Below, piece after piece: positions 34,761-47,720 of a DNA stretch of 64,000 nt. Source of the stretch: Mobula hypostoma. Lineage: Eukaryota. The position numbers and the translations under genes were made by a program. Location of the stretch: contig NC_086101.1 in assembly GCF_963921235.1 (NCBI RefSeq), positions 190,526,001 to 190,590,000 on the forward strand, given 5' to 3'. Below the pieces are notes generated by a model. That model saw nothing but the letters and a program-made list of their open reading frames with translations, did not search any database and had not been told where the DNA came from. Every line of letters starts with the position of its first letter. Position 1 is the stretch's first letter.

Positions 34761-35564
34761 TATCTGCAGAAGATGTTGTCTGCAGATATAACAATGATAA
34801 CACCTCACGTAGGGGCTTGGCTAGGGTAGCGCTGGAAAACTTTACTTTTGCAGTCATTACTCCAGGAATCACCCCCACACCTGATTACTACAGGACAGGA
34901 ATGGGGCTGGACAGTTTCTCCCTTAAAATCCCCGTCTGATATCTTTGTGCCTTTGACAGATTTGCAGCTTGAAAGTGACCCTATTTACAGCATTGTCAAT
35001 TCAACCGCAGAGGCTACTCCCCAGGTGGCTCCCGCTACGGGACAGAACGGTGAGTGCAATGACCATGATCATCCATATTATCATGCAGAAGGATTTCCGA
35101 GAGGGAGAGATTCGGGGAGGTTATTCCATATAATCCTGTAGTTGGCATGCACGGCCACCACAGAATAGTTGAAATAAGGGAAAGCATGTTGGAGAAGGTG
35201 GAGATCTCAGGGTTATTGAACTGGGCCAGGTGACAGACAAAAGGGAAGAAGGAGTTTCCATAACGCATGGAAACAGAAATGTGGGAGTAGTGCAGGACCA
35301 GACATTTGATCCACACTAACAATACAATAATACCATTTTAAACTGCACATGTCAGCATCCCTCCATTCTCTGCCTCTCTAAATGCCCCTTAAATGTTGGC
35401 AAGACACCACTTCCCATGGCTCTGCTCTTCAGGTAATATGCTCCTGTGTCAAAACAAAAATCTTGCCTCATAGCAGTCCTCTAAACATTCTCCCTTTCAT
35501 CTTAAAGCTATGTTCTCTGGTATTTGGCCTTTCTGTCCTGAGTAAAAGACAAGAGTATCGAGAG

Positions 35565-35644
35565 CGGGGGTTCTAACCTGGTGTCCACAGACCCCTCGAG
35601 AATGGTAGGGGTTCATGGCATAAAAGAAAAGTTGGGAACCCCTG
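35565..35644. mobile_element. Very short hAT-like MITE
   Basis: Ends cgggggttctaac ... gttgggaacccctg; same family as 45942-45998, 52169-52264 and 63243-63400. Confidence 0.6.
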
Positions 35645-38061
35645 ACCTGGAGCAACACACACTGAATGCTGGAGGAACTCAACAGGTCAGGCAGCATCTA
35701 TGGAAATGACGGCTTGAAATGTCAGTTGTTTATTCCCTTCCATTGAGGCTGCCCGACCTGCTGAGTTCCTCCAGCATCTTGAGTGAGTTGTTCTGGAGAT
35801 CCAGCATCTGCAGGATCTCTTCTGTCTCCGACTATCTGCCCTATGTATGCCGCTGAATTCAACTTCCTGCACTTAAGGCAAAAGGGGGTAATTTCAAAGG
35901 AGGTGTGGGGCAGGTTTTTACGGAGGGTGGTGGGTGGTTAGAATGTGCTCTCTGGGGTGGTGATAGAGGCAGATACATCAGGGATGTTCAGATCAGCACA
36001 GGAATGTGAGGAAAATAGAAGCTTATGGATACTGTGAAGGGAGAGGACATGAGTTTAGCTGGCCATTTGATTACCAGTTTAATTGGTTCAGCACTACATT
36101 TTCAACCAAAGGGCCTGTCCCTGTGCTGTACTGTTCCGTGTTCTATCAGTTTGCACCCCCCAGCCTTCAATACTCCAAATCATCACACTCATACTAATAC
36201 TCTCTAACCCAGGCACTATCAAGGTGAACCTCAAGGCTATCAAAGGTTTTGGGAAGAAAGCAGGAGAAGGGGGTTGAGAGGGATAGTAAGTCAGCCATGA
36301 TGGAATGGCAGTGCAGACTTGATGGGCCAAGTGGCCTATTCTCCTCCTAGGTCTTATGGTCTGATGATAAGACCATAAGACACAGGAGTAGAATTAGGCC
36401 ATTAGGCTCATCAAGTCTGCTCTGCCATTCAACCATGGCTGATCTTTTTTCTTCTCAACCCCATTCTCCCCGTAACCTTTGATGCCATGTCCAATCAAGA
36501 ACCTATCAATCGCTGCCTTAAATACACCCAATGACCTGGCCTCCACAGCTGCACGTGGCAACAAACTTCACAAATTCACCACCCTCCGACTAAAGAAATT
36601 TCTCCGCATCTCTGCCCTCAATGGACGCCACCTCAATCCTGAGGCTGTGTCATCTTGTCCTAGACTCTCCCACCGTAGGAAACATCCTTTCCAGATCTAC
36701 TCTGTCTAGGCCTTTCAATATTCGAAAGGTTTCAGTGAGATTCTCCCCTCGTCGCTGTAAACTCCAGTGAGTACAGACCCAGACCCATCAAACATTCCTC
36801 GTATGATCACCCTTTCATTCCTAAAATCATCCTTGTGAACCTCCTCTGGACCCTCTCCAATGCCAGCACATCTCCTCTAAGACCTCTTATGTGTCCTCTC
36901 CAAAGTCTCCACATTCTTCCTGTAATGTAGAGCTGGAGACAGTGCAGTTTAAGAGGTGAGCAGGCTGGATGAAATGCAGTGCAGATGAAGGTCCAAGTGA
37001 GAGACGACCAGGCTGGAAGAATCAAGGATAGAAAATCAGCTTCCAGAAGCAGATGTGCTGAGTGGAGTGTGGCTCAGGAAATAAGCAGCATTCATTACGT
37101 GCCAAGTCACATGATGGGCCGCTCATGCTCTTCTGACCATGATTGCTCTTGGAAAATATTTCTACAGAAATGGTTTACCATTGCCTTCTTCTGGGCAGTG
37201 TCTTTACAAGACGGGTGACCCCCGCTATTATCAATACTCTTCAGAGATTGTCTGCCTGGTATCTGTGGTCACATAACCAGGATGTGATACGTACCAGTTG
37301 CTCATACGACCATCCTCCACCTGCTCCCATGACTTCAAGTGACCTTGATCGGGGACTAAACAAGTGCTACACCTTGCCCAAGGGTGACCTGCAGGCTAGC
37401 AGAGGGAAGGAGTGCCTTACACCTCCTGTGGTATCCACCCTGCCACTCATAGGCAATATTATGAACATGAGAAATAATAGTTATCCTTCTGAAAAAAGTG
37501 CATCCTGGGTAGAGTGGCAGAGCAGTGTAACTCCTTCCCGAGCCAGCTGTAAGATTGGCGTTTGTTTTCTGCTACTGTCTGTAAGGAATTTGTACGTTCT
37601 CGCCGTGACTGTGGATTTCCTCCAGGTGTTCCTACCACTTTCCAAAGATGTACCAGTTAGAGTTAGTGAGTTGTGGGCATGCTATGTTGGTGCCAGAAGC
37701 ATGGCGACACTTGTGGTCTGCTCCAAGCACAGCATCGGACTGTGTTGATCACGGCCACAAATGACACATTCTTCTTTTCAGATGTACATGTGATAAAGCT
37801 AATCTCAAATCTCAAAATGTTATCTAAGTGACTTACTGTAAGCTCCTAAAAAGCAGTTTGACAAGATGGACGTGAGGAAAATATTTTCTTTTGTGAGAGA
37901 TTCTAGTACCAAGAGTTACTGTTTAAAAATAAGGAGGTGCCCACTGGCCGCACGATAGTGTAGTGGTTAACACAACGCTTTACAGTACAGACGACTGGGG
38001 TCAATTCCCGCTACTGCCTGTAAGGAGTTTGTATGCTTTCCCCATGACCACACAGGTTTCA

Positions 38062-39140
38062 TAGAAAACCTACAGCACAATACAGGACCTTTGGCCCACA
38101 ATGCTGTGCCGAACATGGACTTACTTTAGAAATTACCCAACGTTACCCATAGCCCTCTATTTTTCTAAGCTCCATGTACCTATCCAGGAGTCTCTTAAAA
38201 GACCCTATTGTATCTGCCTCCACCACCATCACCAGCAGCCCATTCCACTCTGTGTAAAAAAAAAACTTACCCCTGACATCTCCTCTATACCTGCTTCCAA
38301 GCACCTTAAAACTGTGCCCCTCCCATGATAGCCATTTCAGCCCTGGGAAAAAGCTTCTGACTATCCACATGACCAATGCTTCTAATCATCTTATACTCCT
38401 CTATCAGGTCACTTCTCATTCTCCGTTGCTCCAAGGAGAAAAGGCCAAGTTCACTCAACCTGTTCTCATAAGGCATGCTCCCCAATCCAGGCAACATCCT
38501 TGTAAATCTCCTCTGCACCCTTTCTGTAGTATCCACATCCTTCCTGTAGTGAGGTGACCAGAATTGAGCACAGCACTCCAAGGGGTCTGACCAGGGTCCT
38601 ATATAGCTGTAACATTACCCCTCAGCTCTTAAACTCAATCCCATGATTGATGAAGGCCAATACACTGGCTCAACTACACAGTCAACCTGTGCAGCAGCTT
38701 CGAGTGTCCTATGGACTTGGACCTTTAAGATCCCCTGATCCTCCACACTGCCAAGAGTCTTACCATTAATACTATATTCTGCCATTATATTTGACCTACC
38801 AAAATGAACCACTTCACACTTATCTGGGTTGAACTCCATCTGCCACCTCTCAGCCCAGTTTTGCACCCTATCTCTGTTCCATTATAACCTCTGACAGCCC
38901 TCCACACTATCCACAACACCCCCAACCTTTGTGTCATCAGCAAATTTACTAACCCATCCCTCCACTTCCTCATCCAGGTCATTTATAAAAAGCACGAAGA
39001 GTAAGGGTCCCAGAGCAGATCCCTGAGGTACTGTTCACCGACCTCCATGCAGGATATGACCCGACTACAACCAGTCTTTCCTTCTGTGGGCAAGTGAGTT
39101 CTGGATCCACAAAGCAATGTCCCCTTGGATCCCATGCCTC
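38062..39140 (-). mobile_element. CR1 LINE 3' portion
   Basis: WAERWQMEFNPDKCEVVHFG, CCAQFWSP. Confidence 0.9.
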
Positions 39141-39141
39141 C

Positions 39142-39780
39142 TGGAGTGGGTAGGGAAGGGGGAGGGAGGGAGGGAAGGAAGAGGATAATGATGAGGGATG
39201 GGATGAGGGAAGGGAGGAGAGGGGGAGGGAGGTGATGGCGAAAGGGGGGAGTGGGGAAGAGAGGATGTGAGTGAAGCTGGAGGGACAGGAGAAAGGGAAG
39301 GGAGAGTGTGGGAATGGGTAGGGAAGAAGATGACGAAGAGGGATGGGATGAGGGAAGGGAGGAGAAGGGGTAGGGTGGTGATGGGGAAAGGGTAATGGGA
39401 AGGGAGGAGTAGGGAGAGGGAAGGGGATGGTAAAGAAGGATGGGATGGGAAAGGGAGGTAATGGGGAAAGGGAGGAATGGGGGAAGAGGATAGGAGTGAA
39501 GCTGGAGGGACAGGAGAAAGGGAGGTGAGAGTGTGGGAGGAGGAAAGAGATGATGGTGAGGGAGGAGATTAGGAAGGGAGAAATGGAAAGGGGGGATGGG
39601 GGAAGAGCAGTGGGAGTGAAGCTGGAAGATCAGGAGAAAGGGAAGGGAGTATGGAAGGAGGGGAGAGGAGGGAGGAGAGTGATAGTGGGAGCAGGGTAGT
39701 AAGTAGAGATGGGAAGTGCGGAAGCAGAGAATGAGAGTGATAGAAGAGCTGAGTGTAGCAGTGGAGAAGGATGAGATGAA
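39142..39780 (+). repeat. Purine-rich (GA) tract sharing its motif with 27100-27410
   Basis: gagtgaagctgga..(g/t)..aggagaaaggga at about 39270, 39495 and 39614. Confidence 0.85.
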
Positions 39781-41915
39781 GGGTGTTGACTGATAGAATC
39801 AGAAATATTAATGACATAACGTGAAATTTGTTGGTTTTGAGGGAGCAGTACAGTGCAAAGATGTAAAATTCATTAAGTTATAAAACTAGTGCAAATGAAG
39901 GAATGTTGGGGCAGTCTCCATGGTGTATTAGGAAATCTGAAGGTGGAGGGGAAGAAGCTGTTCCTAAATCATTGAGTGTGAGCCTTCAGGTTCCTGTACC
40001 TCCTCTCTGATGGTAGGAATTAGACAAGGGCATGTCCTGCATGGTGACGGACAAGAGTGGAAGTGTGGCTGGGGGAAGAGGTTATAGGGAGACTGAAGGG
40101 TGGGGAAGAAGAAGACGGGAGAGCATGGGCGGAGGGAGATAATTGGGCAAATCATTGTTCTGTAGTGACTATTTCCTCCTCTTGCTGGCTCAAGAGAGGG
40201 GGTATCCCTTTGTAAGACAGCTGGCAATCTTCCTCTTCGAACTTTGTGGTGGCATCATTGTAATAACTTGTGTGGTGGCCATTAACTGGTTCTGGGAGAC
40301 TTTCACAATGCAGAGGCACGAACAGCAATTAAGGTGAATCTGAGAGGAAACCGCCACTCGGTGGTGGAGTTAGCTGAAGTGGGAAATGCAGGTTCAAAGT
40401 GAATTTCATTATCAAAGTACATATATGTCACCATATGTAACCCTCAGATTCATTTCTTGTGGGCATTCTCAGTAAATCTATAGAGTAATAACCATAACAG
40501 AATCAATGAAAGACTGCCCCATTGGGGCGCTCCACCAGAGTGCAGAAGACAAACTGTGCAGATACAAAAAGAAGAAATAATAATAAATAAATGAGCAATG
40601 AATGTCAATTGTAACATTTAAGTGATGTTTGGATAAATACGTAGATTGGAGGGATATGGACTGGGTGCAGATAGATGGGAGTGGGCAGAAGATCCGGTCA
40701 GCATGGACTAGGTAACACCGCATGACATGGGAACAGAATCAGGCCATTCGGCCCATCGAGTCTGCTGCGCCATACCATCATGGTTGATTTATTATCCCTC
40801 TCAACCCTCCTGTCTTCTCCCACTGACCTTTGATGCCCTTGCTGATCATATTCTAAGTAAATTTATTATCAAACCTGAACCCTGAGATTCCTTTTCTTGA
40901 GGGCATTCACAGTAAACTCAAGAAACACAGTAGATTCAATGAAAGACCGCACCCAACAGGATGGATAAGCAGCCAGTGTGGAAAAGACAGCAAAATGTGC
41001 AACTACAAAAAGAAAGACAAATAATAATAAATAAATAAGGAATAAATATCAAGAACGTGAGAGAAAGGAGCCCTTGGTTGTGGGAACAGCGAAGGGGCAA
41101 GTGACGTTATCCCCTCTGGTTCAGGAGGCTGATGGTTGAGGGGTAATAACTGTTCCTGAGTCTGATGCTGTGCATCTTGAGGCTTCTCTGGCACCTTCCT
41201 GATGGCAGCAGAGAGAGGAGAGCATGGCTTGGACGCTGGGGGTCTTTGATGATGGACTCCACTTTAAATGTACTGACTTGTTTCCACAGCAAAGAATTCC
41301 CCAGATTCACCACCCTCTGGCTTAAGAAACTCCTCCTCATCTCTGTTCTAAAGGGATATCCTTCTATTTTGAGGTTGTGCCCTTTGGCCCTAGACTATCC
41401 CGGTATTGGAAATATCTGTGATGGGCTGAAGGGCCTGGTTCTGGACTGGAGTACTCCTGTCTCTAATTGAAAATTGTTAATTGGAACATGGCTAAGCATG
41501 AATTAAATGGCAGCCAGCTGTTTCAGAGCTTGATCAGTCTGTCTTTGCTCTCATTTCCACTTTCACATGCAGTACTTCGCGCAAGACCATAGATGCTGGA
41601 TCTGGAGCAACAGTCTGCTGGTGGAGCTCAGTCGGTCGAGCAGCATCAGGATTGATGCAGGGACAACAATTTCTTACCACTGTAAGTTCTGCTTCACCTG
41701 CTAAGTTCTCCCAGCACCTTTTTTCTTAATATGTCTGTGCTGTGTAGTGTAAAACAGAAGCAGCCATGCAGACAAGTCAATTCCCAGTAAGTCCAGTAAA
41801 GAGAAGTTTTTCCCAGAAGCCAGAATAAGGAGGTGGGGGGAGGGAGGGGAAGGAGAGCAAGTCGACAAGTCTCATGACGTATGCTGGTGATATTAAAACT
41901 GGTTTTGAGCCGACA

Positions 41916-42629
41916 CACTTCACCTGTGAGTCGGCTGGGGTGATATACTGCGTCCGGTGCTCCCGATGTGGCCTTCTATATATTGGCGAGACCCGACGCA
42001 GACTGGGAGATCGTTTTGCTGAACATCTATGCTCTGTCTGCCAGAGAAAGCAGGATCTCCCAGTGGCCACACATTTTAATTCCACATCCCATTCCCATTC
42101 TGACATGTCTATCCACGGCCTCCTCTACTGTAAAGATGAAGCCACACGCAGGTTGGAGGAACAACACCTTATATTCCGTCTGGGTAGCCTCCAACCTGGT
42201 GGCATGAACAATGACTTCTCTACCTTCCGCTAATGCCCCACCTCCCCCTCGTACCCCATCCATTATTTATTTATATACACACATTCTTTCTCTCACTGTC
42301 CTTTTTCTCCCTCTGTCCCTCTGACTATACCCCTTGCCCATCCTCCGGGCTTCCCCCCTCCCCCTTTTCCTTCTCCCTGGGCCTCCTGTCCCATGATCCT
42401 CTCATATCCCTTTTGCCTATCACCTCTCCAGCTCTTGGCTCCATCCCTCCCCCTCCTGTCTTCTCCTATCATTTTGGATCTCCCCCTCCCCCTCCCACTT
42501 TCAAATCTCTTACTCACTCTTCCTTCAGTTCGTCCTGACGAAAGGTCTTGGCCCGAAACGTCGACTGTACCTCTTCCTAGAGATGCTGCCTGGCCTGCTG
42601 TGTTCACCAGCAACTTTGATGTGTGTTGC
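41916..42629 (+). mobile_element. PLE 3' fragment: GIY-YIG endonuclease (CCHH type) plus pseudo-LTR with hammerhead motif
   Basis: FTCESAGVIYCVRCSRCGLLYIGETRRRLGDRFAEH...HFNSTSH; stop at 42233; CTGACGA (42535-41) ... GAAAC GTC (42555-62); TSD ttgagccgaca (41905-41915) / ttgagctgaca (42630-42640). Confidence 0.93.
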
Positions 42630-43242
42630 TTGAGCTGACAGGTGATGGGCGAGACCAGGTGGGGTGGGGATGAATTGAGAAGCTGGGAGAGAGGATAGGT
42701 GGAAGATGCAAAGGGCTGAGAAGGAATACAATAGGAGAGGATAGTGCAGTATAGAAAACAGGAAAGGATCTGATGGGCAGGGCAGGAGAGAAGAAGAGCA
42801 AGGGTCAGGGGGCAGCATTTCAGGTGTGATGCTCTGGATTCCCAGCATCTGCAGAATTTCTTCTGTTTAAAATTGAGGCTGTGTGGAACTGACAGTGTGT
42901 GTAGATTGGCAAGTAGGTCAGGGTGGGCTAGAGGCAGGATTTGGGAAGTAGTTTTGGATAACCTCAATTTCACAGAGGACAGACCACGGAGTGTGACTGA
43001 AGCTTCATGTTTTGAGACGTCAAGGATGTCACTGATAACTTTAGCAGCAGTTTCACTGATACTGGTTGAATGCTGTTCTGGTGACGGACAATCCTCTACT
43101 CTTCAAGGTAGGTGCTTGGCATTCCTAGGGCATACAGGTCCTTGTTTAACATTTCAAATGTATCACAGTGCAGCAGTCAACAAGGTAATGAGAAATTCAT
43201 TCTCTTTGATCTTGGTTGTAGACGGGTCACATTTTACATGGT

Positions 43243-44235
43243 GGTTGTAGACGGGTCGTATTCTGCATGGAGGTTGGTCACCAGTGGTGTGCCTCAGGGA
43301 TTTTTTCTGGGACCCCTCCTCTTTGTGATTTTTATAAGTGACTTGGATGAGGAAGTGGAGGGATGGGTTAGTAAATTTGCTGTTGACACAAAGGTTGGAA
43401 GTGTTGTGGTTAGTGTGGAGGGCTGTCAGAAGTTACAGCGTGATGTTGATAGGATGCAAAACTGGGCTGAGAAGTGGCAGATGGAGTTCAACCCAGATAA
43501 ATGTGAGGTGGTTCATTTTGGTAGGTCAAATATGATGGCAGAATATGGCATTAATGGTAAGACTTGGCAGTGTGAAGGATCAGAGGGATCTTGGGTTCCG
43601 CGTCCATAGGACACTCAAAGCTGCTATGCAGATTGACTCTGGTTAAGAAGGCATACGGCTTTCGTCAATTGTAGGACTGAGTTTAAGAGCCGAGAGGTAA
43701 TGTTATAGCTATATAGGACCCTGGTCAGACCCCACTTGGAATACTGTGCTCCGTTCTGGTCACCTCACTACAGGAAGGATGTGGAAACCATAGAAAGGGT
43801 GAATGGGATTTACAGGGATGTTGCCTGGATTAGGGAGCATGCCTTATGAGAACAGGTTGAGTGAACTCGGCCCTTGCTCCTTGGAGCGATGGAGGATGAG
43901 AGGTGACCTGATAGAGGTGTACAAGATAATGAGAGGCATTGATCGTGTGGATAGTCAGAGGCTTTTCCCCAGGGCTGAAATGGTTAGCACGAGGGGGCAT
44001 AGTTTTAAGGTGCTTGGAAGTAGGTACAGAGGAGATGTCAGGGGTAAGTTTTTACGCAGAGTGGTGAGTGTGTGGAATGGGGTGACGGTGGTGGAGGTGG
44101 ATACGATAGGGTCTTTCAAGAGACTCCTGGATAGCTACATGGAGCTTAGAAAAATAGAGGGCTATGGGTAAAGCCTGGGTAGTTCTGAGGTAGGGACATG
44201 TTTGGCACAGCTTTGTGGGCTGAAGGGCCTGTATT
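43243..44235 (+). mobile_element. CR1 LINE RT to 3' end, frameshifted
   Basis: [33 protein letters not shown]. Confidence 0.9.
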
Positions 44236-44874
44236 GTGCTGTAGGGTTTCTATGTTTAGTCGACGGCTGCATTGTCTCAATTAGTGTTGAAGAGAATTTA
44301 TCATAGTATTTATTCATATTCTAGAACTACGAGCTGAAGATTTTCAATTGAAATTTGCAGTGTACATTTCAGTCTATTGCCACTCTATTCAACATTAGGT
44401 TTTTTAAGAAAGGTCAATATTATCTCTGTTGGAGGTTAAATGAGTTCTGTCTCTGTCTCTGTCTCTCTCTCTCTCCCAATCATTAGGCTGAATGGATGGC
44501 TTCCAAGAGTTTATCTTTTAAACAGCCTTGGACACCGTGTTTTTCCTCGGCTGGGGATATGACTGGTTAAGGCCTGGTGAACTCTGATCCATTCCTGTGT
44601 GGCTTTGTTTTACTGAGTGCGAGCTGCCTGTTGGAGGCAGGATTGACAGACGACGCTGCACAGGAGTTCAATCGTGACTGCTGTGCTTCATGTCAGAGAC
44701 TCGGCTTTGCTGTAGTTAATGATTTTATATCCTCGGCTGGAAAGACATGGAGTTCACGGTGATGTGCTGAGCCTGCAATCTTCCCCTCTCCCAAGATCCA
44801 TAATTCCAGTGCCACTTCCCTGGAGGGATCGCAAGGACTTTGTGTGGCAGGAGGACAGCTTCACGGGAGAGAAA

Positions 44875-45222
44875 ATGCCCCCAGCAGCACTGATGCGCTT
44901 CTCTATGGCGGACTACGTCATCTTCGCCCTGCTTCTCATCTTCTCCTCAATCATCGGACTCTTCTACGCACTAAGTGGCGGGCGGCAGAGGACCACCCAG
45001 GAGTTTCTGCTGGCCGGGCGCAGCATGACCTTCGTGCCGGTGGCCCTCTCCCTCCTCGCCACCTTCCAGTCAGCCGTGGCCATCCTGGGTGTCCCGGCTG
45101 AGATCTACACCAACGGCACTCAGTACTGGTTCCTCGGATGTTCCTACTTCCTCGGACTCCTCATCCCTGCTCACGTCTTTCTCCCTGTGTTTTACCGGCT
45201 TGGCCTCACCAGCACTTATGAG
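44875..45222 (+). CDS. SLC5A6: SLC5A6 first coding exon (start codon uncertain; in-frame ATG also at 44719)
   Basis: [62 protein letters not shown]|gtaagc. [13 protein letters not shown] and TQYWFLGC are SMVT-specific compared with SLC5A5/8/12. Confidence 0.95.
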
Positions 45223-45941
45223 GTAAGCAAAAACCAGAAAGAGAAAGTGGTTGGGGGGGGGGGGGGGGATATAGTCCAGACCTCCATAGGCACAGATCAA
45301 AGAGGAGATTTGTCAAATTGAAAAGCACATTATCGATGTATATAGATTATCTTGAGTATATTTATTGTGTTTTTGTTTTTGTTTGTGCTGCAACGGATCC
45401 AGAGTAACAATTATTTTGTTCTCCTTTACGCTTGTGTACTGAAAATAACATAAGACAGTCTTGAATCTTGAATTGAAAGTTTCATACTGGGAGTTCCGAA
45501 TCATGATTTTGAATTTGATTTTGAAAGACACGACCCACCCTGCAAACTGCTGTTTTCTAAAAGCATGCTTCTGGAAAGCACTACAGGGGATTATTAATAC
45601 AAAAAACTTCATGCCATCTTAAAAGTTTCTGATCAACCATTCCAGTGTGAACACTTTAAACCAGTTTTTATAACGCTGTTTACATTGGGAATGCATGCTG
45701 ATATTTATGCACATTTTATTCCATATCTGTGCTTTGACTTCTAAGTTTATATTTTATATAATTCTTTATTCATTATAATTGTTGAATTTTTATGTTGCAT
45801 GTCGCACCAACACGCCACAACAAATTCCTAATGCATGTAAATCGCAAATCGCATTATACACACAACTTCTGCAGATGCTGGAAATTCAGAAAACACGCAC
45901 AAAATGCTGGAGGAGCTTGGAAGGTCAGGCAGCATCTAAAG

Positions 45942-45998
45942 CAGGGGTTCTCAACTTTTTCTATGAGGGGTCCATGCACCCCAGGTTGGGAACCCCTG
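45942..45998. mobile_element. 57-bp hAT-like MITE inserted in a PLE pseudo-LTR
   Basis: TIR caggggttctcaac / gttgggaacccctg; 8-bp TSD atctaaag / atcaaaag. Confidence 0.75.
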
Positions 45999-46679
45999 AT
46001 CAAAAGAGAGGAGTTAATAGTCAATATTTCAAGCCGAGACTTATAATCGGGCAATTATTGTTCATCCTTGATGAAAGATTTTGTTGGAAAACGAAGTTAG
46101 ACTTTTATTTCCTGATCTCCTTCTCACATTTCAAGGAGGTTAACAGCCTTTTCTGAAGTGTATCACTGTTATAACAACAGACAACAGTCAAATTGAGCAT
46201 AGCATACTCTTGCAAAACAACATTGTGACAATGGTCAAATCTCTTTACAGTTATAATCGCAGGATGCGTATTGGGCAGGTTGCAGGGATAACTTGGCCAT
46301 TTGAATGAATGCCAAGGAATCTTTTTCATTTTAAAAATAGATGGGGTCTTTTTGTTTTATAGAAAAGATTTAACCTCTGACACTTAACCTCATTTCGGGG
46401 TTGTGGTGAGATAATAGAGCTGGCAAATATACGATGGTTTAGAATTCATGTCCTAGTGAGGATGAAAACGGAGGACATGTCACGACAAGACGTGGTTGAG
46501 CTGAATAGACATTTGTTTCCAAGGGAAGCTGGAAGAGTTCATGAGGAAGAAAGGATTAAAGATCAGCGTGGATTGAAGGGTTTTAGAGGCTAGTGTGGAT
46601 GTTAACAATGGCAAAGACCACTTTGAGCCATGCAGTTGCCTTCTGTGCAATGAGCCTTTTTTTAACTTCAACAACACGT

Positions 46680-47720
46680 AGTCATAGTCATACTTTATTG
46701 ATCCCGGGGGGAATTGGTTTTCGTTACATTTGCACCATAAATAATAAATAGTAATAGAACCATAAATAGTTAAATAGTAATATGTAAATTATGCCAGTAA
46801 ATTATGAAATAAGTCCAGGGCCAGCCTATTGGCTCAAGGTGTCTGACCCTCCAAGGGAGGAGTTGTAAAGTTTGATGGCCACAGGCAGGAATGACTTCCT
46901 ATGACGTTCTGTGCTGCATCTCGGTGGAATGAGTCTCTGGCTGAATGTACTCCTGTGCCCCACCAGTACACTATGTAGTGGATGGGAGACATTGTCCAAG
47001 ATGGCATGCAACTTGGACAGCATCCCCTTTTCAGACACCACCGTGAGAGAGTCCAGTTCCATCCCCAGAACACCACTGGCCTTACGAATGAGTTTGTTGA
47101 TTCTGTTGATGTCTGCTACCCTCAGCCTACTGCCCCAGCACACAACAGCAAACATGATAGCACTAGCCACCACAGACTCGTAGAACATCCTCAGCATCGT
47201 CCGGCAGATGTTAAAAGACCTCAGTCTCAGGAAATAGAGACGGCTCTGACCCTTCTTGTAGACAGCCTCAGTGTTCTTTGACCAGTCCAGTTTATTGTCA
47301 ATTCGTATCCCCAGGTATTTGTAATCCTCCACCATGTCCACACTGACCCCCTGGATGGAAACAGGGGTCACCGGTACCTTAGCTCTCCTCAGGTCTACCA
47401 CCAGCTCCTTAGTCTTTTTCACATTAAGCTGCAGATAATTCTGCTCACACCATGTGACAAAGTTTCCTACCATAGCCCTGGACTCAGCCTCATCTCCCTT
47501 GCTGATGCATCCAACTATGGCAGAGTCATCCGAAAACTTCTGAAGATGACAAGACTCTGTGCAGTAGTTGAAGTCCGAGGTGTAAATGGTGAAGAGAAAG
47601 GGAGACAAGACAGTCCCCTGTGGAGCCCCAGTGCTGCTGATCACTCTGTCGGACACACAGTGTTGCAAGCACACGTACTGTGGTCTGCCAGTCAGGTAAT
47701 CAAGAATCCATGACACCAGG
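46680..47720 (-). mobile_element. Young Rex1/Babar-type LINE (RT to 3' tail)
   Basis: TGAPQGTVLSPFLFTIYT, KFSDDS, LQLNVKKTKELVVD; (ATGACT)n tail. Confidence 0.9.

Noticed and set aside
37143-37748. 201-aa ORF
   Set aside because: Spans an antisense SINE-like repeat and an HE1-like SINE; no protein family features.
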